Source: a virus (Duplodnaviria > Caudoviricetes). Taken from it: a stretch of DNA of 63,323 nt. Where the stretch lies: IMG/VR virus record IMGVR_UViG_3300023284_000199, positions 1 to 63,323 of that record. The stretch is one strand, 5' to 3'. Shown in pieces: positions 52,424 through 62,704 of this stretch (positions within the stretch are counted from its first letter, which is position 1; each line of letters opens with the position of its first letter). The notes under the pieces are model-generated. The model saw only the letters and a list, made by a program, of their open reading frames with translations, did not search any database and was not told the origin of the DNA. The translations under genes were made by a program, and so were the position numbers.

Positions 52424-54349
52424 TTATCCATCTCCCACTAATTCACATGCGTTGGCTGTACAACTTAATTCTCTTAAACTTGTAGTGTTATCCTCACACT
52501 CATATTCAGCAAGAAAACTCCAATTTACATCTGTTGGCATTTCGTTCTGCATTTGTTCATACTTTGTTCTATCTATTTCTTGATATGGAGCCTGTTTATA
52601 AACATGATTTGTATGTGGTAAAAAAGCAACACCACTCATATTATCAAAATTATCCCACACCCAAGCACCCACACTTGGCCATTCATTTTCTCTCACAGTT
52701 ATAGTTACTGAAGGTTTATGCTCACACCAATGATCTTGAACTAATTTCCAATGTTCAAGTTCTTGTATAGCTGTGCGATCATCTCTACACACTGCACCTT
52801 TGGGAGCCTTGATAGGGAAACTAAATATCGTAGTTTCATCAGGTTTAGTTACATCAGGTTGCCACGGAAAACCACTATCTTTCATAAATTGAGTAACCGG
52901 GTCTTTGTTATCTTGTCTCACACCACGAAGATAGTATTCAGCAAACCATGCGTGCATACCAGAACCGGATAGGACTAGCTGACTTGCTGTACCACTAGGC
53001 TTAACACATGTAGCAGCAGTAGACACATTAATCTTCAAACGATCAGCCCACTCTTTATTAGTTTCCACAACTACATTTCGTAGTTCACAAAAAATATCTG
53101 CTGTGAATCCTTTATCACTAGAATCACTGGTTAAAGAATTGTCCATGATGCCAGTTAGTGACACTCCTAATAGTCTTTCCTCTTCACAATTATTTTGCCA
53201 TTTCTTCGGAAGGTATCTAAAATTAGTTAGTGTAGATTGCATAGTTCCAAGTATAGTAGCAATCCTAACCTTCTCTTTCAACGTATAAATAGAATCACTT
53301 GGACGGATAACTGCTTCAGATAAATTACAAAGCTGCCTTGGTCTAAGAATAATTTCAGAGCATGGATTAGTACCAAAATCATATTCAGTATCTCTACGAC
53401 CAGAAGTACCGGCTTGCATACGAGCAGCGTTTCTATTAAAGATACCTCGCTCACCTGACTGAGACTCATAGATCGAACCCCACTCTTTCATAAAATGACC
53501 AACTTCAGGAGTCTCCGTAAACGCGATAGAGTTATTAGCTAATGCCCGTTGTGGGTTTAACTCCCACCATTGACCGGTCTTAGCATCACGCATCCTTTGG
53601 TCGGATAGATTTGAAAGACTAATCAATGCGGCTCTACGAACACCACCAACCACCACGATATCCCCTAACTTGCACATAATATCGTGACACTCTAACGAAT
53701 TAAGTTTTCTACCCACGGCATGTTCGAAGATCATTATGACGAATCGAAATAGCTCTACAAGAGGCTCCGGTCCTGATGATCTACCGCCCATAGTTTTTAA
53801 CTTAGCTCCTGCTGGTCTTAATCCTGATACATCCCATTCAGGAATTACACCCGCGTACAAGAGAGCTATCAACTGTCTAAGTGCTTCAGCCCAACCTATC
53901 TTTGAATCCCTAACTTTGATAACCGTGTGAGACTTGACTAATTGATCCGGTATGGACGGCATCTGACCTATATATTGACGCTCCACAGAGAAGCCTACCC
54001 CTGTTCCACACATGAGTATATACATAGCCTCGTCAAAGGCTCTAGGAGTGTCTATAGGGAGATATGAACAGTTGTAACCCGCTACGTTGTCTCTAGCTAA
54101 AGCCTTACCAGCGGTCATTAGACACCGCATAGAGGGCATCACATCTAGATTGAGTATGGCACTTTCCAATTCATCATATTCAGGCTCAGTTAGGCAATAC
54201 TCTGATGAACCCTGGTCTAAATGGTTGTAGAAGAATTGCATGTATCTTCGAACCGTTTCATCCCAACTCTCCCTTCTGTTTTCTTCTTCTATCCATCGGG
54301 CATATCTACTTTTGTGGATAAATTCTTGGTATTGAGTTGGTAGAATCAT
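52424..54349 (-). CDS. nrdJ: class II (adenosylcobalamin-dependent) ribonucleotide reductase
   Basis: MPSMR, YNCSY, GTGVGFSVE, VVVGGVRRAALI, GTNPCSEI, TCVKPSGT, C-terminal C....C; no beta subunit nearby. Confidence 0.93.
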   Translation of the reverse strand: MILPTQYQEFIHKSRYARWIEEENRRESWDETVRRYMQFFYNHLDQGSSEYCLTEPEYDELESAILNLDVMPSMRCLMTAGKALARDNVAGYNCSYLPIDTPRAFDEAMYILMCGTGVGFSVERQYIGQMPSIPDQLVKSHTVIKVRDSKIGWAEALRQLIALLYAGVIPEWDVSGLRPAGAKLKTMGGRSSGPEPLVELFRFVIMIFEHAVGRKLNSLECHDIMCKLGDIVVVGGVRRAALISLSNLSDQRMRDAKTGQWWELNPQRALANNSIAFTETPEVGHFMKEWGSIYESQSGERGIFNRNAARMQAGTSGRRDTEYDFGTNPCSEIILRPRQLCNLSEAVIRPSDSIYTLKEKVRIATILGTMQSTLTNFRYLPKKWQNNCEEERLLGVSLTGIMDNSLTSDSSDKGFTADIFCELRNVVVETNKEWADRLKINVSTAATCVKPSGTASQLVLSGSGMHAWFAEYYLRGVRQDNKDPVTQFMKDSGFPWQPDVTKPDETTIFSFPIKAPKGAVCRDDRTAIQELEHWKLVQDHWCEHKPSVTITVRENEWPSVGAWVWDNFDNMSGVAFLPHTNHVYKQAPYQEIDRTKYEQMQNEMPTDVNWSFLAEYECEDNTTSLRELSCTANACELVGDG

Positions 54350-54410
54350 TTATATTTCCCTCGTACTCTTCAGGTTAAAGAAACCATTATAGCGGTATGG
54401 AGACTGCCTA

Positions 54411-55112
54411 TCAATCGTTTTTTGTCAGTTCTTGCATTATTTTTGAAGCCGCGCCTTCCGGTGGTCTATCATCAATTAAATTACCCGTAGCAAAAGCATC
54501 TAACAGTATGGCCATACAAGCTGCGACATGTGCTTCATGTTTAATTCCACTATCCGGTGCTTCATTTTCACCATCAAGAAGGGCATCTAAATGTCTCATA
54601 GCAGCTTCAATATACACCGTATGTCTAACAGCATTTTTCCGCCAATTGTAAGGACCATATTTTTTAGCACCGTCTTCCATTGCTTGACTTGTATATATTC
54701 CTAAGACAGGAGGAACCAAAGCTAGAGGTGGTTTCTTTCTGCCGAGTCTATCTTTAGGATTTTCACCTAACAAAGTTCCTTCCTCTAATTCTCTACCTAA
54801 CGATTCCATAAATGATTCCCCCGGCTTCCCTTCTATCCTTGGTGTAACGTAATCGTGAGGAAGTGGACTAGTATCTGCCAAAACATCAGGAAATGGTGCC
54901 CCGTTAAAAACTATACTGCCAACTTCAGCCACAGTATATTCTTCTTGAAACACTTCTTTAGTTTCTACATCTTTAATCACACTGTCACCTAACAACTTAG
55001 GTTCAAGTCTGTAGTTATACGCTTCAGCATTAGGATCAGGGATAAAATTCTCACTCATTTGAATCCAATCACCTTCTCTATCTTTGTATTTTATTTGCCA
55101 TCGTCTTTCCAT
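54411..55112 (-). CDS. dATP/dGTP diphosphohydrolase (DUF5664) domain protein
   Basis: NPKD..G.KK....LVPP..GAKKYG.YNWR..Y..AAMRHL..DSG..H.AH..AC.AILLD. Confidence 0.85.
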   Translation of the reverse strand: MERRWQIKYKDREGDWIQMSENFIPDPNAEAYNYRLEPKLLGDSVIKDVETKEVFQEEYTVAEVGSIVFNGAPFPDVLADTSPLPHDYVTPRIEGKPGESFMESLGRELEEGTLLGENPKDRLGRKKPPLALVPPVLGIYTSQAMEDGAKKYGPYNWRKNAVRHTVYIEAAMRHLDALLDGENEAPDSGIKHEAHVAACMAILLDAFATGNLIDDRPPEGAASKIMQELTKND

Positions 55113-55113
55113 A

Positions 55114-55581
55114 TTAAACCCCCGGAGTCAAAATTCTAGCAATCGCATCGACTGCATCATCCAAATTGGTAACACGAAAATCAATCATCTCATTGACCAT
55201 CGCATGTTCATGTACGTTTCCTTCCGGCTCCATGATACACACAAGCGGTATGCGCATACTGTCACACCATCCAAATTCAATCATGCTGCCGATAGACACT
55301 CGCTTAGCACCCAAAAGATTACTGACTACAAGATCAGCCCTTTGAGTATCAAACCTGTCTCTGGCTACGATACCTCTAGCACTGGCAAAGATATTGTCTT
55401 CATATCCCACAGCTTTCAAAGTTGTTTCTGTTGCTAGTTCTTCTTCAAACCGCATAGGACTTAAACAATCTATATCTAAATCTGTCAACATTTCAGCCAT
55501 GTAATGTCTCCATCCAAAACGAGCGTTATCATAAGTCATACCAGTAATGGGACCGCAAAGATATACCAACCGTTTAGTCAT
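55114..55581 (-). CDS. nucleoside 2-deoxyribosyltransferase / N-glycosidase family protein
   Basis: VYLCGPITG...RD.FD..RAD.V..NL...SIGS.IEFGW. Confidence 0.8.
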   Translation of the reverse strand: MTKRLVYLCGPITGMTYDNARFGWRHYMAEMLTDLDIDCLSPMRFEEELATETTLKAVGYEDNIFASARGIVARDRFDTQRADLVVSNLLGAKRVSIGSMIEFGWCDSMRIPLVCIMEPEGNVHEHAMVNEMIDFRVTNLDDAVDAIARILTPGV

Positions 55582-55717
55582 TTGCTTTCTCCTTTTCCAA
55601 TTTCTCCACCCGTTCCAACAAACTTTCTATTAATTGTCGTTGTAAATTGAGAGATGTTTCCATACTTCTCATAGTTAAGCAAAACTGTTTAAACATTTCT
55701 TTTGTATCAGGACTCAT
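55574..55717 (-). CDS. small coiled-coil protein (47 aa)
   Basis: Read by hand: MSPDTKEMFKQF...LLERVEKLEKEKAND. Confidence 0.45.
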   Translation of the reverse strand: MSPDTKEMFKQFCLTMRSMETSLNLQRQLIESLLERVEKLEKEKAND

Positions 55718-55826
55718 AATATTACACCCATTAAACTATACAATACTGTGATACCCCAAATCCCGAAAGTTCCTCCAACTAAAAATATTACAAGTAATTG
55801 CCACCCATTTAAAACTATCTTATATG

Positions 55827-56453
55827 TCATCGATTATCTCCACTTCCTTTAATTACTCCCCTAGCCTGTCTGTCTGCTAGTTTTTCAATATTCATTTGAG
55901 CAACATCTTCAAGTGTTAAACTGAGTATCTTAGCAGTTCTGGCCAGATACCAAAGAACATCTCCTAATTCTAAAGCCAACAAAGTTCTGAAATGTTCTTT
56001 CGGTTCATTCTCATAATCACCACGCATGAGTTTACCAAGTTTACCAGCAGCTTCACCCGCCTCTTCATTTAGTTTCAAAAGATAATAATCCAAAGACAAA
56101 GGAGAAATATCTGTAAACTCTGTAAAGTCTTGGTAATCATTTAGAGTCATGAATTGTGGTGCATCCTCATTCAAGACATAAGTAACAGGAGTTATGTTAG
56201 CCCACGTATTATCATCAAGACTAACTACTTTAATAGCATTAGTTAGTGACAGATTTCTCATGATAATACTAGCTGCCCGATTGTATACCAAGTCTTCATT
56301 GAAAGCTAACATAGGTGGTCTTTCTACATTGTTATCTCTCATGGCATCTTCAAGGTCTTTTTGGGTGAAGCAAGTACCGTTCACCACATCTATGACCGCA
56401 TTGAGTTGCTGGTCTACAATTTCATACCCTAAAACTTTCATTATGCCCTCCAC
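55827..56453 (-). CDS. MazG-like nucleotide pyrophosphohydrolase with N-terminal extension
   Basis: LNEEAGE...ELGDVLWY...LEDVAQMNIEKL.DRQ.RGVIKGSGDNR. Confidence 0.88.
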   Translation of the reverse strand: MEGIMKVLGYEIVDQQLNAVIDVVNGTCFTQKDLEDAMRDNNVERPPMLAFNEDLVYNRAASIIMRNLSLTNAIKVVSLDDNTWANITPVTYVLNEDAPQFMTLNDYQDFTEFTDISPLSLDYYLLKLNEEAGEAAGKLGKLMRGDYENEPKEHFRTLLALELGDVLWYLARTAKILSLTLEDVAQMNIEKLADRQARGVIKGSGDNR

Positions 56454-58096
56454 TTACCATTGAATAAAGTTACCAAGGTACGCATGCCATTTTGATATGT
56501 TACTGTCTCTGTATGCGACCATGAACTAGGCCCGCTGGTCCAATCAGGATTAAGCTTTCCGGTCGTTCCACAAACATATACTCCATCGATAACTTGTGCT
56601 TTATGCGTATGACCGGTGTTAGCTTTCTTACCCATCTTAGCAAAGGCAGCAGGACTACCGCGAGCACCGTTAGGACCAATATCTCCATGCATACCTCCTT
56701 CTATGTCTCCACAGATAACAAAGCTTTCATCTTCTCCAAGAAACTTCACTCTATGAATGTCAAGGAAATCAAACCCCACTAATTTAAAAGCTTCCTTCAA
56801 AATTATAGGTTCTTTCTCTATCTGCATTTCTCTTAGAATTTTAGCGTTTAACTCTAACCAGAAAATAGCATTAGTAGGGTCTTTCAAACCTTCCTGTTCT
56901 CTTAACCATCTGCCTAAATGATTGTGATGATTACTATCTACTATAATAATTTGAGAATCATCTTTACAATTATAGACTCTATTCACAAATTCCGCAGTTA
57001 ACCTAACTTCTTCTTCTACATTCACCCATCCTTGTGTATGTCTCTTAAACATCATGTGAGGATTTTTAATTTCGTGGTGTGACTTGCAACGGAAATCTAA
57101 AACATCATGAAGAAACTGATACTTAGGTCGCAACGTGTGTGCCATACCACCATCACCCCAACATAGTTGCACTGTTGGTAAGTCTATTTCAGCAACGTGA
57201 ATGTCTCCCCAAGTGATAGCTTCAACTCTATGACCGAAACTATATTTACCATCTTTAACGAACATATCAAGATCATAGAAACTACCATCATCCGTAGCAT
57301 TAATCTCACGGCAATACCAATTACCATTCGAGTCTACTTCAACTAGTAAAGCACCGTAACAATGAAATAACTCAGATTTCAATCCAGCTTTCCTTTGAAT
57401 GTAATTACGCATAGTTACTGTTCCCGTAGTGTAGTTGAATTTAGTATATCCAACATGATTAGTAGCTACAGACTCTATTGCTCGTTTACTGTGAGGATAG
57501 ATACCAGATTGAGAACCGTTATGAGATTCCAACTGAGATAATGGACGCACAGCGGTAGGAAGAATATTCCACTCACCACACCATATCAATCCCGGCGCAA
57601 CTTGAAATTTATTATCAGATAAATACGGATCAATTCTTTCATCCCACCACATAGGTTGTTTCTTACCGCTAGGTGCTTCATCTATTGTGGCTTTATCCCC
57701 TTTAGCACCTAGACCACTCTTAACATAAGTGATCCTAGCTACATGAATTTCCGCATCATGAAATTCTGCAAAAGCTTCCAAGTTATCGAAGAAAGCTTTA
57801 TGTACTTTAGTATTATTTTGCGCTGAAGTAAACAAATACCGTTTAACCTCACCTTCTTCAGGAATTGGCATTGAAGGAATTTTTGTAACCTTAACTTGAC
57901 CTTCCATGACAGGTTTATTTTTAGGATCAGGTATCAATTTATCTTCTACTGCTAACCAAAACAATTTTCTAGAACCGTGATAAGTTAATGAAGTGTTTCT
58001 GGACACGGCTTTAATACTACCATGTTCTTTATACACTTTTACATAATCTTCTAAAGTCCATACATTCATGCTATTCCTCCGTTCGTTAAGATACAA
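56441..58096 (-). CDS. calcineurin-like metallophosphoesterase
   Basis: WGDIH, HDVLDF, SNHH, HGD, GHTH motifs; true start may be MNVW at 58069. Confidence 0.75.
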   Translation of the reverse strand: MYLNERRNSMNVWTLEDYVKVYKEHGSIKAVSRNTSLTYHGSRKLFWLAVEDKLIPDPKNKPVMEGQVKVTKIPSMPIPEEGEVKRYLFTSAQNNTKVHKAFFDNLEAFAEFHDAEIHVARITYVKSGLGAKGDKATIDEAPSGKKQPMWWDERIDPYLSDNKFQVAPGLIWCGEWNILPTAVRPLSQLESHNGSQSGIYPHSKRAIESVATNHVGYTKFNYTTGTVTMRNYIQRKAGLKSELFHCYGALLVEVDSNGNWYCREINATDDGSFYDLDMFVKDGKYSFGHRVEAITWGDIHVAEIDLPTVQLCWGDGGMAHTLRPKYQFLHDVLDFRCKSHHEIKNPHMMFKRHTQGWVNVEEEVRLTAEFVNRVYNCKDDSQIIIVDSNHHNHLGRWLREQEGLKDPTNAIFWLELNAKILREMQIEKEPIILKEAFKLVGFDFLDIHRVKFLGEDESFVICGDIEGGMHGDIGPNGARGSPAAFAKMGKKANTGHTHKAQVIDGVYVCGTTGKLNPDWTSGPSSWSHTETVTYQNGMRTLVTLFNGKWRA

Positions 58097-58545
58097 TACC
58101 CATACAAAGCGATTAGGGCAGCTTCAGCTACACCTTCATCTTTCTTACGTGCAAACAACTGAGCCTGTTTAGGGAACACCTCACTAGCTCTAGCTCTGGC
58201 AACATCCTTGGAGCTAGTTACATGCATAACACGTTTCCATACAGCAGGCGTTACCATAGTGACTGGTATTTTATATGCCGATATAAGTCCTCTAACACCA
58301 CCCGCACAGTAACCAAACTTAAACATGCTCGATACTCCTTGCCCCGGCATAGCTCCTACCTGTTCAATAAAGAAATGATCCATGTCGCTCATTAGTAGAT
58401 CAAAATCTGAAGCCAACAGTGCCCAATTAATATCTCTACCCCTAGTTTTGGATTTGAGAGTGGGCATCTTGATAGGACATATAATGTCTCCATCGTAAGA
58501 TACAATAGCCCCGCCTAAACCCGGATCAACACCACCAACTTTCAT
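58066..58545 (-). CDS. RuvC-like Holliday junction resolvase
   Basis: GVDPG..GA, IEQV.AMPGQGVSSMFKFG, VTP..WK, DEG.AEAALIA; ATG 58545 follows the polymerase stop. Confidence 0.88.
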   Translation of the reverse strand: MKVGGVDPGLGGAIVSYDGDIICPIKMPTLKSKTRGRDINWALLASDFDLLMSDMDHFFIEQVGAMPGQGVSSMFKFGYCAGGVRGLISAYKIPVTMVTPAVWKRVMHVTSSKDVARARASEVFPKQAQLFARKKDEGVAEAALIALYGYCILTNGGIA

Positions 58546-58546
58546 A

Positions 58547-60568
58547 TCAAGCCTTTCTATACCTGTCACCTTCCCAACCCTCAACTTCAATCGGGCACCC
58601 ATCAGCCCATTCAGGATTCGGTCCAGTCATTAATTCTAAAAACTCTTCCAACGTACCAAAACTATCAAGAGTCTCACAACCTATTTCATCATGAACAGTT
58701 AAGATAATACCATACCCTTTCTGTTCTATTCTAAACATGGCTGCTACCATTAAATCTCTAGAAATAGCCTGTACTATATTTTCAACAAGCATTCCTCCGT
58801 ATGTAGGTACTCGTGTCCAAGCCGGTCCTGCTTTGTTATTGCGACCTTGATAAGTCAACTGATATATCAACTTATCTTGATCCCAAGGTGCAGGAACTAT
58901 TTCAATTTTAGGATCGTAATACCAGAGATTTCTTCCACTAGGTAATTTACATGCAAGCCATCTACCCGCCGCATCATCAACTATTTCGAATCCAATACGA
59001 CCATAGGTATGTGGGTTCCCCGTATGTACAGTATTTTTAGCCGCCGTTTCTATCCCTCGCCATAAATCAGGAACCATACTATAATCACCTCGATAGGTGT
59101 CCACTAATTCTCGTGCTTCTGTCTCTGTTAAGTCTACTCCATAATCTTTAGAAGCTTGGAACTGTAATTTTGACCAAGACATTTGATATCCGCATCCCAG
59201 GATCGTAATCTTTCCAAGTTGCCTTTCGTATGGATCATCTTCTTTGTTTATTGAGCGTTTGAAAAGCTTCTCAGCCATGACACAATAAATATCTGGACCT
59301 TCACCCTTGTCATACACTCTAAAGGCTTCTAGTGCATCCTCCTGCTCTGCTAACCACATGACTACCCTAGCTTCAATAGCTGAGAAATCACCTACATATA
59401 GTTTGTTACCCGGCTTAACTATGAACATACCTCTTAGAGATGAAGCTATAGCCTCGACAACACCTCCACCTAGACCGTCTCCTAACCAGAAAGAAATAGC
59501 TTCAATAGCATCTTCTCCACCTAATTTTATCAGGTCTATCAGCAAGTCCATCAATTTAACATTACCTCTAGGAAAGTTATGTGGTTGTACTAAACGACCA
59601 GCCCATCTACCAGTACCGGCACCATGATATTGAAACATTCCTCTAATACGACCGTCAGAATTCACACAATCCAAGAATTTATACAGCTTCTTTGTACTTG
59701 ATTTACTTAATGCTTGACGAATTTCTAACACCCTCTTAACATTTAAAGGTATATCTTGGTCTGTTAATGCATTCTCTACAGCTTCTTTAGTTAAGTTATT
59801 CATAGTGAATTTTTGTTTACCACACCAAGCACGTATCTTAGCTATTTGACCGGCTGTATTTATTTCACCATCAGTTATACTATTAAGTTCTATAGTTAAT
59901 TTGGCTTCAATGATTTCAATTATACCAATAGCTTTTTGAACAGCTTCTAAATCTACTTGAATACCTCTAAAGTTAATAATCCAATCCAACGTCCATACAA
60001 GCTGTTCATCATCGGGCAACTTACCTACCATGTCAGATAGAAGAACCTCCACATCTCTATCTTGATCACAGTAATCATACAACTCCATCAACAAATCCCA
60101 ATCTTCAAGCCACTTGCTATCATCTTTAATGGTGGCTTTACGAGGCTTGCAGAGTTTTTGAATTAGATATTTACCACGTTTATCTTTCTTCAATGGTAGG
60201 TCTAGAACCTCCCCAACGTTGTCTAGTCCTAAAGGTAATGATCTATACGCACATACGGCTAACGTATCTCTCCATCGGGTAGGCATTTTTATATCAAGCT
60301 TAGCTTGAAGTTGATGAAACCACATAGAAGTTTCCATTATCACATAATGGGCTTCAAAAAATCCTCCACAATCTCTATGATCTAACAGCTTTTGAGGGAA
60401 CGGTAATCCTGGCACCCATAAACCTTTATACAAGTCACCAACATTCCAAGACATGCATAATATTTCGGTAGTTGGATGTTCTGAATATGCCCAGGCACCC
60501 ACAACCTTAATATCCACCTCAGAGCGGGACTCGAAGTCTATGGTTGCTGTCAAATGTCTTGTGTTCAT
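58547..60568 (-). CDS. family A DNA polymerase (SPO2/APSE-like) with 3'-5' exonuclease
   Basis: ExoI IDFESRS; TGRWAG; motif A DFSAIEARV; motif B RQLGKITILGCGY; motif C TVHDEI. Confidence 0.95.
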   Translation of the reverse strand: MNTRHLTATIDFESRSEVDIKVVGAWAYSEHPTTEILCMSWNVGDLYKGLWVPGLPFPQKLLDHRDCGGFFEAHYVIMETSMWFHQLQAKLDIKMPTRWRDTLAVCAYRSLPLGLDNVGEVLDLPLKKDKRGKYLIQKLCKPRKATIKDDSKWLEDWDLLMELYDYCDQDRDVEVLLSDMVGKLPDDEQLVWTLDWIINFRGIQVDLEAVQKAIGIIEIIEAKLTIELNSITDGEINTAGQIAKIRAWCGKQKFTMNNLTKEAVENALTDQDIPLNVKRVLEIRQALSKSSTKKLYKFLDCVNSDGRIRGMFQYHGAGTGRWAGRLVQPHNFPRGNVKLMDLLIDLIKLGGEDAIEAISFWLGDGLGGGVVEAIASSLRGMFIVKPGNKLYVGDFSAIEARVVMWLAEQEDALEAFRVYDKGEGPDIYCVMAEKLFKRSINKEDDPYERQLGKITILGCGYQMSWSKLQFQASKDYGVDLTETEARELVDTYRGDYSMVPDLWRGIETAAKNTVHTGNPHTYGRIGFEIVDDAAGRWLACKLPSGRNLWYYDPKIEIVPAPWDQDKLIYQLTYQGRNNKAGPAWTRVPTYGGMLVENIVQAISRDLMVAAMFRIEQKGYGIILTVHDEIGCETLDSFGTLEEFLELMTGPNPEWADGCPIEVEGWEGDRYRKA

Positions 60569-60581
60569 CCTGTTCCTTATA

Positions 60582-60644
60582 CGATGGGGTAGAACGGGAC
60601 AACCTGACTTAACTTTGTCTGTTGCCCAGGTTCTACCCCTATCG
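60582..60644. promoter_or_regulatory. long hairpin in the polymerase leader
   Basis: CGATGGGGTAGAAC-GGGACAAC...GTTGCCC-AG-GTTCTACCCCTATCG. Confidence 0.6.
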
Positions 60645-60747
60645 CCGCCGCACCAGCATGGATAATGATCTTAATGTCACGCGAGACTATCATCTCCATA
60701 CAATTACTCGCTCCATTAGAAAGGAAGTAAAAGAGTGGAACGAGGAA

Positions 60748-61440
60748 TTAGTCAGGTAAATCTGCACCCCCGGTAGGATCGATTTCAGAAGTGCCACCTT
60801 CGACACCTCCAAATCTTTCTTCACCGGACATACCACCAATACGCGGACCTTCTTTAGCATACAGAACTGCGTTTGCATAAAGAACGATAAACTTACCTTG
60901 TGGAGTCTCAACACCCTTTACATTAGCGTTAGCTCGGGCATATGATCCAGCACGGAAAAGACCTTCCGCACGTTTAAAATCATCTTCATCCCCACGGTCT
61001 AGTTCAAGAATTTTACCCTTGTCCAAAACGTATAGAAGAGGCGGGTAGTCTGGACTTGACTTTATATTGACTACCTTCATACCTCTATATACGTCACCTT
61101 TTTTCTTAGCTTCTTCCCGCTTGTCAGCAAGAGCATCACCATCTTTGAGAGGCCAAGCAATGCCTCCATGCTTAACAGCTTCACGAATGTCAGTATCCGG
61201 CCACTTGTGTTCTGCAACAGACATAAAGACACGTCGAACGTCAACAGGTTCCCATGAACCACCCTCCGGTTTGATTTCAAAACCAGCTTCGACGGTACTA
61301 GGATCAATCAACATTTGACAATTGAAAGAAGGTGGTGCCCCTTTCTTGAAAACGTTTGGCTTCACCAAATTTGGAAAAGACATACGGAAGATAGGAGTAC
61401 GGACTAAGATTTGTTCTGTCGGTGCAATAACTTCGCTCAT
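60748..61440 (-). CDS. ssDNA-binding protein (DUF2815-like)
   Basis: TP.FRMSFPNL.KP; WPLKDGD; GSYARA.....; acidic tail; DUF2800-SSB-polymerase synteny. Confidence 0.8.
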   Translation of the reverse strand: MSEVIAPTEQILVRTPIFRMSFPNLVKPNVFKKGAPPSFNCQMLIDPSTVEAGFEIKPEGGSWEPVDVRRVFMSVAEHKWPDTDIREAVKHGGIAWPLKDGDALADKREEAKKKGDVYRGMKVVNIKSSPDYPPLLYVLDKGKILELDRGDEDDFKRAEGLFRAGSYARANANVKGVETPQGKFIVLYANAVLYAKEGPRIGGMSGEERFGGVEGGTSEIDPTGGADLPD

Positions 61441-61498
61441 ATTTTGGCTCCTTTGCTTGCCGTGTTTACCAATGTTTAAAGCTCCTTAGCTTTCTTGC

Positions 61499-61527
61499 AT
61501 TATAGAGATGTTTACCCCTGTTGTCAA
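61499..61527 (-). promoter_or_regulatory. consensus sigma70 promoter for ssb
   Basis: TTGACA-17nt-TATAAT on minus strand. Confidence 0.8.
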
Positions 61528-61531
61528 GTGT

Positions 61532-62701
61532 TTATTCAACATCTCCAAAAAACTCTTCACCACTTACCACCACTTCTTTTCTAGCATCTGATTCAGGAGC
61601 TAGAGTCAGTCCAACATCGGAAGGTTTATCAGCCCACTTATCAGTAAACTTTTTACCGCCCGACAACTTCTCTATTTGTGCTGGCGATTTCAAAACTGGT
61701 GTAGTGAAAGCATGTTTTTTACCAAATTTAGTAACGGCTTTAGCTTCTGCACCCTCCAAGAAAATACGATTAGCTTTCTTACGAACTAATTTCAATCCTG
61801 TAACTTTATCTCCCATACGCGCACGTTTGAATGCTTCATCACGTAAAGCAGACTCAAATTTCTTTATGCGATCAATCTGCATAATCATTTCACCTAACTC
61901 AATAGATGTCATATGCATAGGCTCTAACTCGGGGTTAAAGTCCATCGTCTCACCCTTCAAAGCAGGGCATTCTTTTCGTACCGGGCAAAACTGACACCAA
62001 CTACCCGTATTTAAAATGGCTTTAGGATTTTCTGTTTCTTCCATAGCTGGGAGAACCGTATTCATAAACCATTCGTTCACTTCATTAGAGTTGGTTTTAT
62101 AATCACGATTAGTTCCTCGACTGTGAGGAATTCTTGGTTGAGAAATCCAAAGTTGTACTTCAAATTCATCGTCTACACCTTGAGTTTCCCAAGCAAGATA
62201 TCCGTAATATTTATTTTGTATGCTGTCAGCTTCAATAATCATTCGACCATATTTAAAATCAATGATTATGATTCTCTTACTGGTTTTGATAAAAACATCT
62301 GCCGTTCCAAAAGCATCTTCATGAAGCATACTATCCATAGGATATTCAATATGCAATACAGCATCATCAGCCGCGTGATCAATCATCAATTCATTTACAA
62401 GATCGATACAGGTTTGAACACCGTTAGCCATCTCTTCGTTAACTTCAAATTCAAACTCACCAACCTCAACTATGAATCCTATATATTCCCACGCATCTTG
62501 ACTCTCTTCCAAACATATAGACAGGATCATGTGGGCAGCAGTACCTTCAGCAGCAGCATAGCTAGGAGCGGAATAGAAATCCCCATCTCCATAAACTTTC
62601 TTAGTAAGTCCAATAGAACCGGGGCATGGAATCCAACGGTATGCACCAGAGGCCCCAAGTATACTGTGCTTTGAAGGCTTAACTTCAATTCGCTGTGTCA
62701 T
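61532..62701 (-). CDS. DUF2800 PD-(D/E)XK (Cas4-like) exonuclease
   Basis: HS.L.AS.A.RW..CPGS; AEGTAAH; FGTAD; IIDFKYG; WCQFCP...C. Confidence 0.88.
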   Translation of the reverse strand: MTQRIEVKPSKHSILGASGAYRWIPCPGSIGLTKKVYGDGDFYSAPSYAAAEGTAAHMILSICLEESQDAWEYIGFIVEVGEFEFEVNEEMANGVQTCIDLVNELMIDHAADDAVLHIEYPMDSMLHEDAFGTADVFIKTSKRIIIIDFKYGRMIIEADSIQNKYYGYLAWETQGVDDEFEVQLWISQPRIPHSRGTNRDYKTNSNEVNEWFMNTVLPAMEETENPKAILNTGSWCQFCPVRKECPALKGETMDFNPELEPMHMTSIELGEMIMQIDRIKKFESALRDEAFKRARMGDKVTGLKLVRKKANRIFLEGAEAKAVTKFGKKHAFTTPVLKSPAQIEKLSGGKKFTDKWADKPSDVGLTLAPESDARKEVVVSGEEFFGDVE

Positions 62702-62704
62702 AAA

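Noticed and set aside
61532-62701. Cas4-like nuclease as a CRISPR component
   Set aside because: DUF2800 lies in its usual replication context with SSB and the polymerase; no array is present
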